Below are positions 29,447 to 39,400 of a DNA stretch of 64,000 bases, piece by piece. The notes beneath the pieces were generated by a model that searched no databases, was not told the DNA's origin, and saw nothing but the letters and a program-made list of their open reading frames with translations. A program made the translations under genes and the position numbers. Positions within the stretch are counted from its first letter, which is position 1. Every line of letters starts with the position of its first letter. This DNA is from Candidatus Latescibacterota bacterium (GTDB taxonomy: Bacteria; Latescibacterota; UBA2968; UBA8231), in the NCBI GenBank assembly GCA_965243025.1, contig CBDETY010000003.1:2144001-2208000 (forward strand), in the 5' to 3' direction.

Positions 29447-31111
29447 ATGCTGGTCGGGGTTCAGGGGATCGTGATCGTGCTCGCGCCCACGGTGTTGATC
29501 GTGGCGGTCACCGTGCTTGCCTCGGGCCAGGGCGAAAGCTTCATGTCCTGGGCGGTCTTCGCGGCCCTCGTCATCGCCGGGGGGGCCACTGCCCTGCAGG
29601 CTGCCAGAATCGGACGGCTGGGCGGAGGCCACCTGCTCATTACGGGAGTCACGCCCAACTTCATCGCCGTCTCGGTCCTGGCCCTGGAGGAGGGCGGCCC
29701 GGCCCTGTTGGCGAGTCTCATGGTCCTTTCCTCGCTCTTCTACCTGGCGGTTGCCGCGTGGCTGCCGCTGCTGCGCCGCATCATCACGCCGGTCGTCTCC
29801 GGCACCGTGCTCATGCTTATCGCCGCCATGGTCCTGCCCATCGCTTTCGACCGGCTGACAGAAGTACCGGAAGGGGCGCCGGCGGCCGCCGGTCCGTTCG
29901 TGGCCGCGGTGACCCTGTTCGTATCGACGATGCTGATGCTGCGCGCTCCCCGGACCTGGCGTCCGTGGTCCCTGCTGATCGGGATCGCCGCAGGCTGCGC
30001 CGCCTCGGCGCCGCTCGGACTGTACGATTTCGAGCGTCTGGCCGCTGCTTCCTGGATCGGAGTTCCCGACAGCGGGTTCCCCGGACTGGACCTGAGGCTT
30101 ACCGCCGGGTTCTGGGCCATGCTGCCGATGTTCCTGATCGTCGTCCTCGTACAGGCGATCAAGAACATCAGCGACGGCATGGTCGCTCAACAGGTGGCGC
30201 GGCCCCGGCCCCGGGCAACCGATTTCCGCCTCATCCAAGGATCGGTCTACGCCAACGGGGCGGGCATCCTGTTGTCGGGCCTGGCCGGGACACCGCCGAC
30301 ATCCTCCTATTCCTCGCTCACCGCCTCGCTCATCCACCTCACCGGGGTCGCCGCCCGCAACGTCGGCTACGCCATGGGAGGCCTTCTCGTGGTGCTCGCC
30401 TTCCTCCCCAAGGTGACCGGCGCCCTGCTCACCATTCCCCCCCCGGTCATGGGGGGCTTCCTGCTGGTCGCCCTGGGCATGTTCTTCGTCGAGGGAATCC
30501 AGACCCTGGCGCGGGCCGGCCTCGACCTGCAACACGCCATCGTCGCCGGACTGGCGTTCTCGATCGGCCTCGGCATGAAGGACCACAACATCCTCGAGGG
30601 CATTCTGGGAAATCCCTGGGGGGCGTTGCTCGGCAACGGCATGACCATGGGCACGGCGACGGCGATGGCGCTGACCGCCTTCCTCGAGCTGACCAGACCG
30701 CGCCGGCGGCGCCTCGAGGTCCGGCTGGATACTTCCGACCTTCCCCGGATCGACGCCTTTCTCCATGAGGTCGCAGCCAGGATGGGTTGGGACCATGGCG
30801 CCGCCGGGCGCCTGCGCTCCGCTGGCGAGGAGACCCTGGCGTGCCTGCTGCAGCCGGGAAACCCGGATCCGGCGGGGCAGGCGCCGCGCCTCGTCATCTC
30901 CGCGCGTCCGGAAGGTGGATCAGTCGAGATGGAGTTCCTGGCGATTTCCGACGAGGAGAACCTCGAAGACCGCCTTGCGTACCTGGACGAACAGACCGAA
31001 ACCGCCGATGGAGAAGAGCTGTCGTTCCGCCTGTTGCGCCACTACGCTTCCTCGGTCCGGCACCAGAAGTACCACGGGCTGGACATCGTTACGGTGCGGG
31101 TGACCCCTTAG
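29447..31111 (+). CDS. NCS2 (xanthine/uracil permease-fold) protein fused to a degenerate RsbW-like GHKL domain, copy 1
   Basis: NCS2 motif RRIITPVVSGTV; C-terminal ~135 aa resembles the RsbW at 18935. Homology to the 50112 paralog extends upstream in frame (IRYEPDERCP), so the start may be CTG 29378. Confidence 0.85.
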   Translation: MLVGVQGIVIVLAPTVLIVAVTVLASGQGESFMSWAVFAALVIAGGATALQAARIGRLGGGHLLITGVTPNFIAVSVLALEEGGPALLASLMVLSSLFYLAVAAWLPLLRRIITPVVSGTVLMLIAAMVLPIAFDRLTEVPEGAPAAAGPFVAAVTLFVSTMLMLRAPRTWRPWSLLIGIAAGCAASAPLGLYDFERLAAASWIGVPDSGFPGLDLRLTAGFWAMLPMFLIVVLVQAIKNISDGMVAQQVARPRPRATDFRLIQGSVYANGAGILLSGLAGTPPTSSYSSLTASLIHLTGVAARNVGYAMGGLLVVLAFLPKVTGALLTIPPPVMGGFLLVALGMFFVEGIQTLARAGLDLQHAIVAGLAFSIGLGMKDHNILEGILGNPWGALLGNGMTMGTATAMALTAFLELTRPRRRRLEVRLDTSDLPRIDAFLHEVAARMGWDHGAAGRLRSAGEETLACLLQPGNPDPAGQAPRLVISARPEGGSVEMEFLAISDEENLEDRLAYLDEQTETADGEELSFRLLRHYASSVRHQKYHGLDIVTVRVTP

Positions 31112-31275
31112 TGTCCTGTCGCAGAAATATGTCGACATCGGGAAGCCGATCCATCCCGGCTCACGGCGTTGCCTTCGCTCCCCGTACACCCTCGGTACGA
31201 CTCGCTCAGGCGCCTTGTGAGCCGGGCGCCTCGGCCTCCCGATTTTGTAAATCTATCTCTGCGACGGGACACCAG
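31108..31275 (+). mobile_element. 168-bp MITE/ERIC-like element, copy 2
   Basis: TAGTGTCCTGTCGCAGAAATA...TATCTCTGCGACGGGACACCAG; its TAG at 31109-31111 is the stop codon of the permease. Confidence 0.8.
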
Positions 31276-31364
31276 CAGCCCGGATCTCGGAAGGGGACAG
31301 CCCCCCAACGTGCCCAAACCTCCGGGCCAGGTCTGCCGGGACAGGCTTTGCGAAAAGTCGCGGG

Positions 31365-32276
31365 TCAGGCAGGAACGTTCTGCTCGAGGAATTCACGCAT
31401 CAAGCCGGCGCATTCCTCGGGTTGTTCCAGTTGCAGAAGGTGCGTCGTCTCGGGCAGGAAATCGTAATTCACCGTCAGGATATGGCTGAGGTCGAGCGTC
31501 GGCAGATAGGAGTATGGAAGGGTGGGATCGGCGCCGATGACCTTGATGGGGCAACCGAAGGTCGCAAAGTCCACCAACACCGCATACGGGGCGGCGTAAT
31601 CCACGATCTGCGCTTCGTACTCGGGCGGACAGCGAAGTTCATACCCCTCGCCGCCCGCACATTCGCGCAGGGTCGTCCTTGCAACCAGGTCGGAAACCCC
31701 GGGAACAACACGCTGGAAGGTTGGTATATAGGGAAGAACATCCGCGAGTTCCTCCCTGGATTTGAACCGACAGGTGCGGCGCCGGGTCATTGCAGCCACA
31801 CGCTCGCTCGCCGCGTCGAATTCCTCGTAGCTGGCGCCGCGCTTGCACAAGGGCGGATCGAACAGGACGCAGGCGGAAAACCCACTGCCCCTGGAAGGGG
31901 ACAAAAGCGCCGTCAGGGCGGCAAGCGAATGGAAAACCCCGATTTTCGGTTTCTTTCCGTAGTGGCGGTCGATTGCCTGAAGAATGAGGTCGTGGTCGCT
32001 GACGAAGGTCGGAACATTGTGCATTTGCACAGGGCCGACGGCGTTCCAACCGTGGTTCCTGAGGTCGTAGACAATCAGGTCGAAGTCCTCGGCAAGCAGC
32101 GACCAGAAGGGATAGTAGAGGTCGATCGCCAGACCGTTGCCGTGGCTCAGAACGAGCCGCTGCCCTTCGGGGTTTCCGTGGCGGCGCAAGGTAATGGCCG
32201 TGTCACCGTCCACCCGGACATCGCAGGTGGAAAGCGGCTCGGGTACATCCCAGACCGGTTCTGGAGTCGAGGTCAA
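31365..32276 (-). CDS. supD: Alpha/beta hydrolase of the sup cluster (candidate release enzyme)
   Basis: Motifs LSHGNG, YDLRNHG, atypical elbow GVFHSLAA and ETTHLLQLEQP. TTG 32276 overlaps the PPTase stop codon (TTGA). Confidence 0.75.
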   Translation of the reverse strand: MTSTPEPVWDVPEPLSTCDVRVDGDTAITLRRHGNPEGQRLVLSHGNGLAIDLYYPFWSLLAEDFDLIVYDLRNHGWNAVGPVQMHNVPTFVSDHDLILQAIDRHYGKKPKIGVFHSLAALTALLSPSRGSGFSACVLFDPPLCKRGASYEEFDAASERVAAMTRRRTCRFKSREELADVLPYIPTFQRVVPGVSDLVARTTLRECAGGEGYELRCPPEYEAQIVDYAAPYAVLVDFATFGCPIKVIGADPTLPYSYLPTLDLSHILTVNYDFLPETTHLLQLEQPEECAGLMREFLEQNVPA

Positions 32277-33007
32277 CGGGAATCCGGATCCAGTTCGCAA
32301 GCGATGGCAGCCGCGAAACTCTCGTTGCCGAGATCTTCCAGCCGCCACCTTACGGCCGGCACCTCAGGGAACCGGAAAATACTCGTCCTCTTTCCGTGGC
32401 GCATGGCCAACGGGATCTCCAATCGGGACATGTCCAGGGAAAGCCCCAGACCCAGCGCCTTGATCAATGCTTCCTTCATGGTCCAGAGATGAAAGAACAA
32501 GTGGAGCTTGCAAGATCCACGCGCCAATGCCAACTCGGCTTGCTCCGCCGGCCCTAGCACCGCACTGATCAGTTCGTCGAGATGACGGCGGGGGCCGCGT
32601 TCCTCCACGTCCACACCCAGCCGTCCCGCCGCCGCCAAAGCGATCAGGCCGTGCTCGCCGCTGTGACTGACGTTGAAGCTGACGGGTGCGGCGGCTCCAT
32701 GTATCAGCGCATACGGTTTTCCGTGCGCCGAGGCGCCGAAACCAAGCTGCTCGTTCCGGCAACCGAGCCTGCCGCAGAGAACGGCGCGGAGCGCCGCCCT
32801 GCATAAAGCGAACCGGCGCCGCGGACCTTCGTGCCGGTATTGTTGCCAACGCGACCGTTCCTGCCCATCGAGCCACCCCGAGGCCTCGGCTTCGCGGGCA
32901 GCATGGGGCGTCAGATCGACGTGCAGTACCGAGGCATCGCCGACTTTCCTGAACGGACGCCACCAGCACTCGGCAACGGAACCAGGCATATGTGCGGCCC
33001 GCCACAT
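32273..33007 (-). CDS. supC: Sfp-type 4'-phosphopantetheinyl transferase
   Basis: Motifs HGKP, FNVSHS, LGVDVE and LWTMKEALIKALGLG. Confidence 0.9.
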   Translation of the reverse strand: MWRAAHMPGSVAECWWRPFRKVGDASVLHVDLTPHAAREAEASGWLDGQERSRWQQYRHEGPRRRFALCRAALRAVLCGRLGCRNEQLGFGASAHGKPYALIHGAAAPVSFNVSHSGEHGLIALAAAGRLGVDVEERGPRRHLDELISAVLGPAEQAELALARGSCKLHLFFHLWTMKEALIKALGLGLSLDMSRLEIPLAMRHGKRTSIFRFPEVPAVRWRLEDLGNESFAAAIACELDPDSR

Positions 33008-33096
33008 GGAAACGGCGGCTTCCCAACCGGCCGTGTCGGCCCGACTGGAAAGCCGCCGATTTCGATCAGCGGACCCCCTTCCTTATCGAAGGCCGT

Positions 33097-33348
33097 TCAG
33101 CCAGCCTGGGAATCGATGAGTTCGACTACTTCCTGCACGCTTTTCAGCTCCGTGCAATGCTGGGCCGTAAACGTGATGTTGAACTCCTGGGAGACCAGTT
33201 TCGCGAAGGCAACGAGATCCGTGGAGGGAACGCCTGACTCCATGAGGCTGAAGTTCAGGTCCTCGGGCAGATCCAACGGCTTGCCATCTACTTCGAGGTT
33301 TTCGCTTATGAGGTTTCTGAGGCGATCTCCGGTCGAGGCCATCTTCAC
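33097..33348 (-). CDS. supB: Free-standing acyl carrier protein
   Basis: 83-aa acidic protein with SLMESGVPSTDL (Ppant Ser in GVPS); lies between the PKS and the PPTase. Confidence 0.8.
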   Translation of the reverse strand: MKMASTGDRLRNLISENLEVDGKPLDLPEDLNFSLMESGVPSTDLVAFAKLVSQEFNITFTAQHCTELKSVQEVVELIDSQAG

Positions 33349-33434
33349 TTTCCTTCCGCAAGGGTGATGGTGGTTTTGGCATGCAGCCGCGAAAGAAATA
33401 AGGACAGGGGGAAAGGCTGGTCAATCGACTGCAT

Positions 33435-36400
33435 TCAACCCCCGGATGCGGTCTGCGCATCGATCCAGTGGCGCCGGCGCTGGAACGGATAGCCCGGAAG
33501 GGAGATCCGGCGCCGGGTCTCTCCGGCGAACAACCCCGAAAAGGAAACCGCGAGCCCCGCTTCGTACGCCCCTGCGACCGCCGACACGAAGGCCTCGTCA
33601 CATTGCGAATCCCGCCTCAGGCTCGACAGCGCAACCGGTGCCCCGGGGCTGCCCCCCGAAGCGTGGGATCCGTTCCCATCGGCTTGGCGGCCATCTCCCG
33701 GCTTCGGCCAGGCCCGGGAAAACATCGGGGCCAGCACCGCATCCGGGCCGATCTCCAGGACGGCCTGCACACCCAGCCCGGCCAGCGTCTCCGCGCATCG
33801 GTCGAAAGCAACCGGCTCCTGCCCCGGCCGTTGCCAGTACCCCCGGTCCAGCCCGTCCGCGTCCAGCACGCGCCCCGTAACACTGCTCACGAAGGGAAGG
33901 GAGGGCGGTGAGATCGCGGTGGCCTCGAGCACCGCTTCCCGGCCGTTCCGGTCCGGGTCGGTCGCACCCCGCACGGCCGCAAGCCGCAGCCCCTCCTCCA
34001 GGCCGAACACCCCCGCTGCCTGCGCTGCCGCAAGCTCCCCGGGACCCTGCCCGACCACCGCGCCCGGCCGAATCCCCAGGCTCGACCAGAGGGCCGCAAG
34101 GGCGCACTCCAGCGCGTAAACGGCAGGCTGAGCCCTCGCCGGGTCCTCCAGGGCGCCCTCCGACCCGGCGCGGCCGAACATCGCGTCCAGCAGAGAAGCG
34201 CCCCGTTCATCCTGCAGTACCGAGTGGCAGCGGTCGAGAACCGCCCGCACCACCGGCTCGCTTTCGTACAGCTCCTGACCCATGCCGGCCCAATGGCAGC
34301 CTTCCCCGGTGAACACGAACGCCGCCTTCGACGCGGCGAGGGGTTGCGGCCGCTCCTCCGCCTCCGCGAGCGCCTCCAGCCCCTCCCGCAGCGACGCGGC
34401 GCCGCGGAAAACCACCGCCGCACGGTGGTCGAAATGGCTGCGCCCCGCGCCCGCGGTCCAGGCCATGTCCGCCAGCACAGTGTCCGCGTCCCCTTCCCCA
34501 TCCCGCTCGTCGAGCCACGACAGGTAGCGCCCCGCCAGCTCCTGCAGCGCCCCTTCCGCTTTCCCGGACAATGGAAGGATGCGCGTCCTGCGCGTCCCTG
34601 ACTCCCCTTCCCCGGGCAGCGGCAGGTCCGCCAGCGGCTCCGGCAGGGAAACGCCTACGGGTAGGGCCGGACCGGAAGCGAGGGACTCCCCATCCGGTCC
34701 GGCGCCGTTCGCTTCTCCGTACCCCTCGACCACGACGTGGGAGTTCGTCCCCGAGATCCCGAAGGCGCTCACCCCGGCGCGCCGCGGCCGTCCGGGATGG
34801 CTCGGCCAGTCGGTCAGGTCCGACACCACCTCCACCGGGAGCCGGTCCCAGTCCAGGTGCGGGTTCGGTTCCTCAAAGTGCAGGTTCCGCGGAATAATCC
34901 CCCGCTTCATCGCCAGCACGGTCTTGATCAGGCTCGCCACCCCGGCAGCCGGCTCCAGGTGTCCGATGTTGGTCTTCACCGAGCCGATCAACAGCGGGCG
35001 GTCCGCTTCGCGTCCCCTGCCGTATACCGCTGCGGCCGCCTGCACCTCGATCGGGTCCCCGAACCCGGACCCGGCCCCGTGCGCTTCGAGGTAGTCCACT
35101 TCCTCCGGGACGACACTACCCCGGGCGAGCGCCTCCTCGATCACCCGTTCCTGCGCCGGGCCGTTCGGCACCGTCGGTCCGGCGGCCGCCCCGTTCTGGT
35201 TGACCGCCGACCCGCGGATCACGCCCCAGATGCGGTCGCCGTCGGCCTCGGCCTCGCTCAACCGCTTCAGGAGGACTACTCCGCAGCCCTCACCCCGCAC
35301 GAAGCCGTCCGCGGCGGCATCGAAAGCCCTGCACCGACCGCTGGCCGACAGCAACCCCAGCTCCGCCATCTCTCTGGTCAGCTCGGGCGACAGGACGGCG
35401 TGCGCTCCTGCGGCCAGGGCCAGGTCCACCTCTCCCTGCCGCAGGGCGGAGACAGCATAATGCACCGCGACCAGCGACGAAGCGCAGTTGAGCTCCACCG
35501 GTATCGTCGGACCCTCCAGACCCAGGGCGAAGGAAACCCGCCCGACCGTCATGCTTGCGGCGGTGCCCAGATAGCTGACGCCGCCTCCGGTCATCAGGTC
35601 GCGGTATTCGCTGGCGGCAATGCCGGCATACAGCCCGGTGCGGCTGCCCCGCAACCGGTCGGGGTCCATCCCCGCATCATCGAGAGCCTGCCAGGTCGTC
35701 TCCAGCATCATCCGCTGCCGCGGATCCATCAGTCGCGCCTCGATCGGGGCGATCCGGAAGAATCTCGAGTCGAACTGTTCGATCCCCTCCACGAACCCGC
35801 CCTGGCGGTAGGCGGCGTACTCGGACGGCAGGTCTTCGGAAAGGTCTTTCCAGGAACCGGAATCACCGCGTCCGTCCGTTACCGCGTCCGCACCCGTTTC
35901 GAGCTGGCGCCAGAAAGCCGCAATATCCGGTGCCCCGGGGAACCTGCAGGCCATGCCCACGATCGCGATGCCGTCCTCTTCCTCCCCCCCCGGCACCGCC
36001 GGCAGGGGCTCCGGCACGGGTTGCGGACGAGGGGCGGGGGCACCGCCGGCCTCGCCGAGTTCCCCGGCCAGGTGACTGGCGAGAGCGGCGATGTCCGGGT
36101 AGTCGAAAACCACGGTGTTGGGGACCACGTACTCCTCGGCAAAGGCGCGGTTCAGGCGGTTCCGCAACTCCACCGCCATGAGCGAATCCATGCCCAGGTC
36201 GAAGAACCCCACTGTGGGCTCCGGGGGGCTCGTCAGCCTCAGCACTGCCTGCACCTCCTGCTGCAGGAAGGAAACGAGCAGTTCCTCGCGTGCCGGGGCC
36301 TCCCGCAGCCGGGACAGCAGGTCCTCCGACGAGGCCGGGGAGTCGGCTTCGTCGGCGGGAACGGACAGCAGGTCCTCAAGGAAGGCGGGACGGTCCTCCA

Positions 36401-39400
36401 CCGCCTCTTCGAACACCGACCAGTCCATCGACATCACCACGGAAGTTGTGGTGTCCTGGCGCACCAGCTGGTCGAATGCCTGCATACCCTGCTCGGGGGT
36501 GAACCAGCGGCCTCCGAGCGCGGTTCGCTGCCGGTCGATCCGGTCCCGTTGTTCGGCGGCTTCGCCGATCTCCGACCACGCTCCCCAGGCGATGGCCTGT
36601 CCGGGAAGCCCCATGGCGCGGCGGTGGCCGGCGAGCTGGTCGAGAAAGGCGTTGGCCGCGGCGTGGTTCGCCTGGCCCGGATTGCCCATGACGCCGACCC
36701 GGCTCGAAAAGAGGATGAAGAGATCCAGATCGCGGTCCTCGGTCGCCCGGTGCAGGTGCCAGGCGCCCAGCACCTTCGGCCAGAGCACCGTTTCGAACCG
36801 CTCCCAACTCTGGTTGGTCAGGGCGCCGTCCGACAGCACGCCCACGCTGTGGACCACTCCGCCGAGCGGCGGCAGCGCCGCATCCACCCTCGCGAGCATT
36901 TCATCTATCGCGGCGGCGTCGGTCACATCGGCGAGCTCCACCTGTACCGTTACGCCCCGCTCCCGCAGGCGGCGGACAGCCTCCTCTGCCTCGGCATCCG
37001 GTGCGCGGCGTCCGTTGAGCACGATCGCCCCGGCTCCGCGGTCTGCGAGCCAGCCGGCCACGGCGCATCCGATCCCGCCCAGGCCGCCGGTCACCAGATA
37101 GGTGCGGTCCTGCCGCAATCGGCCCTGCCGGAGCGGCGGCGGCGTCACGACGATCTTCCCGAGATGCCGGGCCGAGCGCATGAAGCTCAACGCCCCCCCG
37201 GCTTCGGCGAGCGGCCACCTGCTGTGCAGGATCGGTTTCAGCTCTCCCGCCGAAAGGCGCTCCACAACCTGCCGCAGGACTCTTCCCACCCACGCCGGCT
37301 CGGTTTTTTTCAGGACATCCAGCTCGAGGATGGAGTAGGACACATCCGGACGCACCGCCGCCATCTCTTCCTCGCTGAGGATGTCCCGCCTCGCCATCTC
37401 GACGAAGCGGCCGCCCTGCCTGAGGCAGGACAGGCTGGCGTCGATGAAGCCCTCTCCCGTCAGGCTGTTCAGCACCACGTCCACACCCTCGCCGCCGGTG
37501 GCTTCGAGGATCTCCCTTCCGAACGCCGTCTGGCGGCTGTCGAATATCCGCTCCACCCCGAGCGACCGCAGGTACGCCTGCTTGGGGGCGCTCGCGGTGG
37601 CGAAGACCTCAGCTCCCGCCGCCTGAACCAGCTGGATGGCCGCCAGGCCGACGCCGCCGGCGCCGGCGTGAATCAGCACCCGCTCGCCGGCCTCCAGCCC
37701 CGAGAGCTCGAAGGAAAGCGCCGCCGACACGAAAGCGCTCGGAACCGTGGCAAGTCCGGAGACGGAGAATCCGGATGGCGCGGGCGCCACCAGCTCCTCC
37801 CGCGTGACCATTTGCGGCCCGAACGCACCGAACCCCAACCCGACCACATGGTCGCCGACCGCCGCGGTCGACACCTCGGAGCCCACCTCGACGATGTGGC
37901 CGCACATCTCCCTGCCCAGCAGCCCCTCCTCGATGAAACCGAGGGACCGGAACACGTCCCAGAAGTTGAGCCCCGCCGCCTCCACCGCGACGCGAACTTC
38001 CCCGGGCTCGAGGGCGGCCGCCGGCAGCGGGTGGACGTACGGTCTGTCGAACACCCCGGCCGGGTCCGGAGCCAGCACCCAGTCCGGCTCCTCCGGCAGG
38101 GACAGACGCTCGGATTCGGCGCCGGCCCGGACCAGGCGCGCCACCTGACGGCGCCCCGATCTGTAAGCGATGTGGTTTTCCGGGTCGGGATTCAGGAGTT
38201 CGGTGACGAGATCGGCTTCCGGGGCCATCTCCCCGGGGTCCAGATCGATCATCCTCGGCTGCAGGTGGGCGGCTTCCCGTGCCACCGCCTTGCCGAAGCC
38301 CCAGAGCGTTGCCCCGGCGAGCTCACCGCCGCGCTCCCGCTCCAGCACCTGCGCGCCCCGGGTGACCATCCAGAGGCCGTTGGCCGGGACCACGTCGGAG
38401 TCGACGACGGCCTGCACCAGCGCCAGCGCGCTCGCTCCGGCTCGTCTGACGTCCTCCGCCATTTCCCCGGTCGCGGCATGTGCGCCGTGACCGTCCAGTC
38501 CCGCCAGATGCACGACGCCGCTGAGCGGCACGCCGTCCGGCAGACCGGCCAGGAGCGACTGCCACGACTCCCTCCGGTCCATTTCCACGCCGGTCCTGAA
38601 AACGCCGGGGCCGGCCGCTTCGGGCTTCCCGTCTTCCGGCGCTTCGCTGCCCGCCAGCACCACCGTCTGGCTCCGCGCCGCCAGACCGGCGGCCAGCTTC
38701 GCCGCCAGACCCCCCTGGTCCGCCGCCAGGACCCACACGCCGGCGGGCTCTTTCACCTGCGCCGGCCCCCGGGCCACGATAACTCCCTTGTCCGGCGTCC
38801 GGGACGGATCGGACTCGTCCGGTCCGAGAACCTCCGCAGCCTCGAAGCCGGCGTCGCCGAGGGCCTGCCGCCATACCGCCGGGCTCGCCAGGGCGTGGTG
38901 CGGACGGTAGCCGTCGGCGAACCGCCACCAGCCGTCCAGCTGGCCGAAGGTCAGGTCCATCCAGCCCAGGCCGCTGAGGTTCTCCAGCGCGATCAACTGT
39001 CCCGACGGCGCCAGCAGGTCGAGGCAGTGCCCCAAGGTCTCCTCGAGGTACCGCGTCGCGTGCAGCACGTTGGACGCGATCAGCAGGTCGTAGCCGTGGG
39101 AGTCGAAACCCTGGGCGATCGGGTCCTTCTCGATGTCCAGCGGACGGTACTCGATCGCCTTTTCCCCGAACCGCGCCTCCGCTTCGGCAAAGAAACCCGC
39201 GGAGATATCCGTGTACACGTAGTCGAACCTTCCTTCCGGAAGCTCCGGCAGCACCGACGCGGTCGCCGATCCCGTTCCCGCCCCGACCTCGATCACCCTC
39301 AGGCGCCGTCCCTCGGGCAATGCCGCCACCAGCGCCCGCACGGCCTCGGCCAGCATCCGGTTCGCCGCGCGCGCCACCGGTGCCTTCAGGTAGAGATCCG

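Noticed and set aside
29198-31275. Repeats as a CRISPR array, tRNA or riboswitch
   Set aside because: Only two 168-bp copies with TIRs, no spacer periodicity, no cas genes, and no cloverleaf or aptamer consensus recognised
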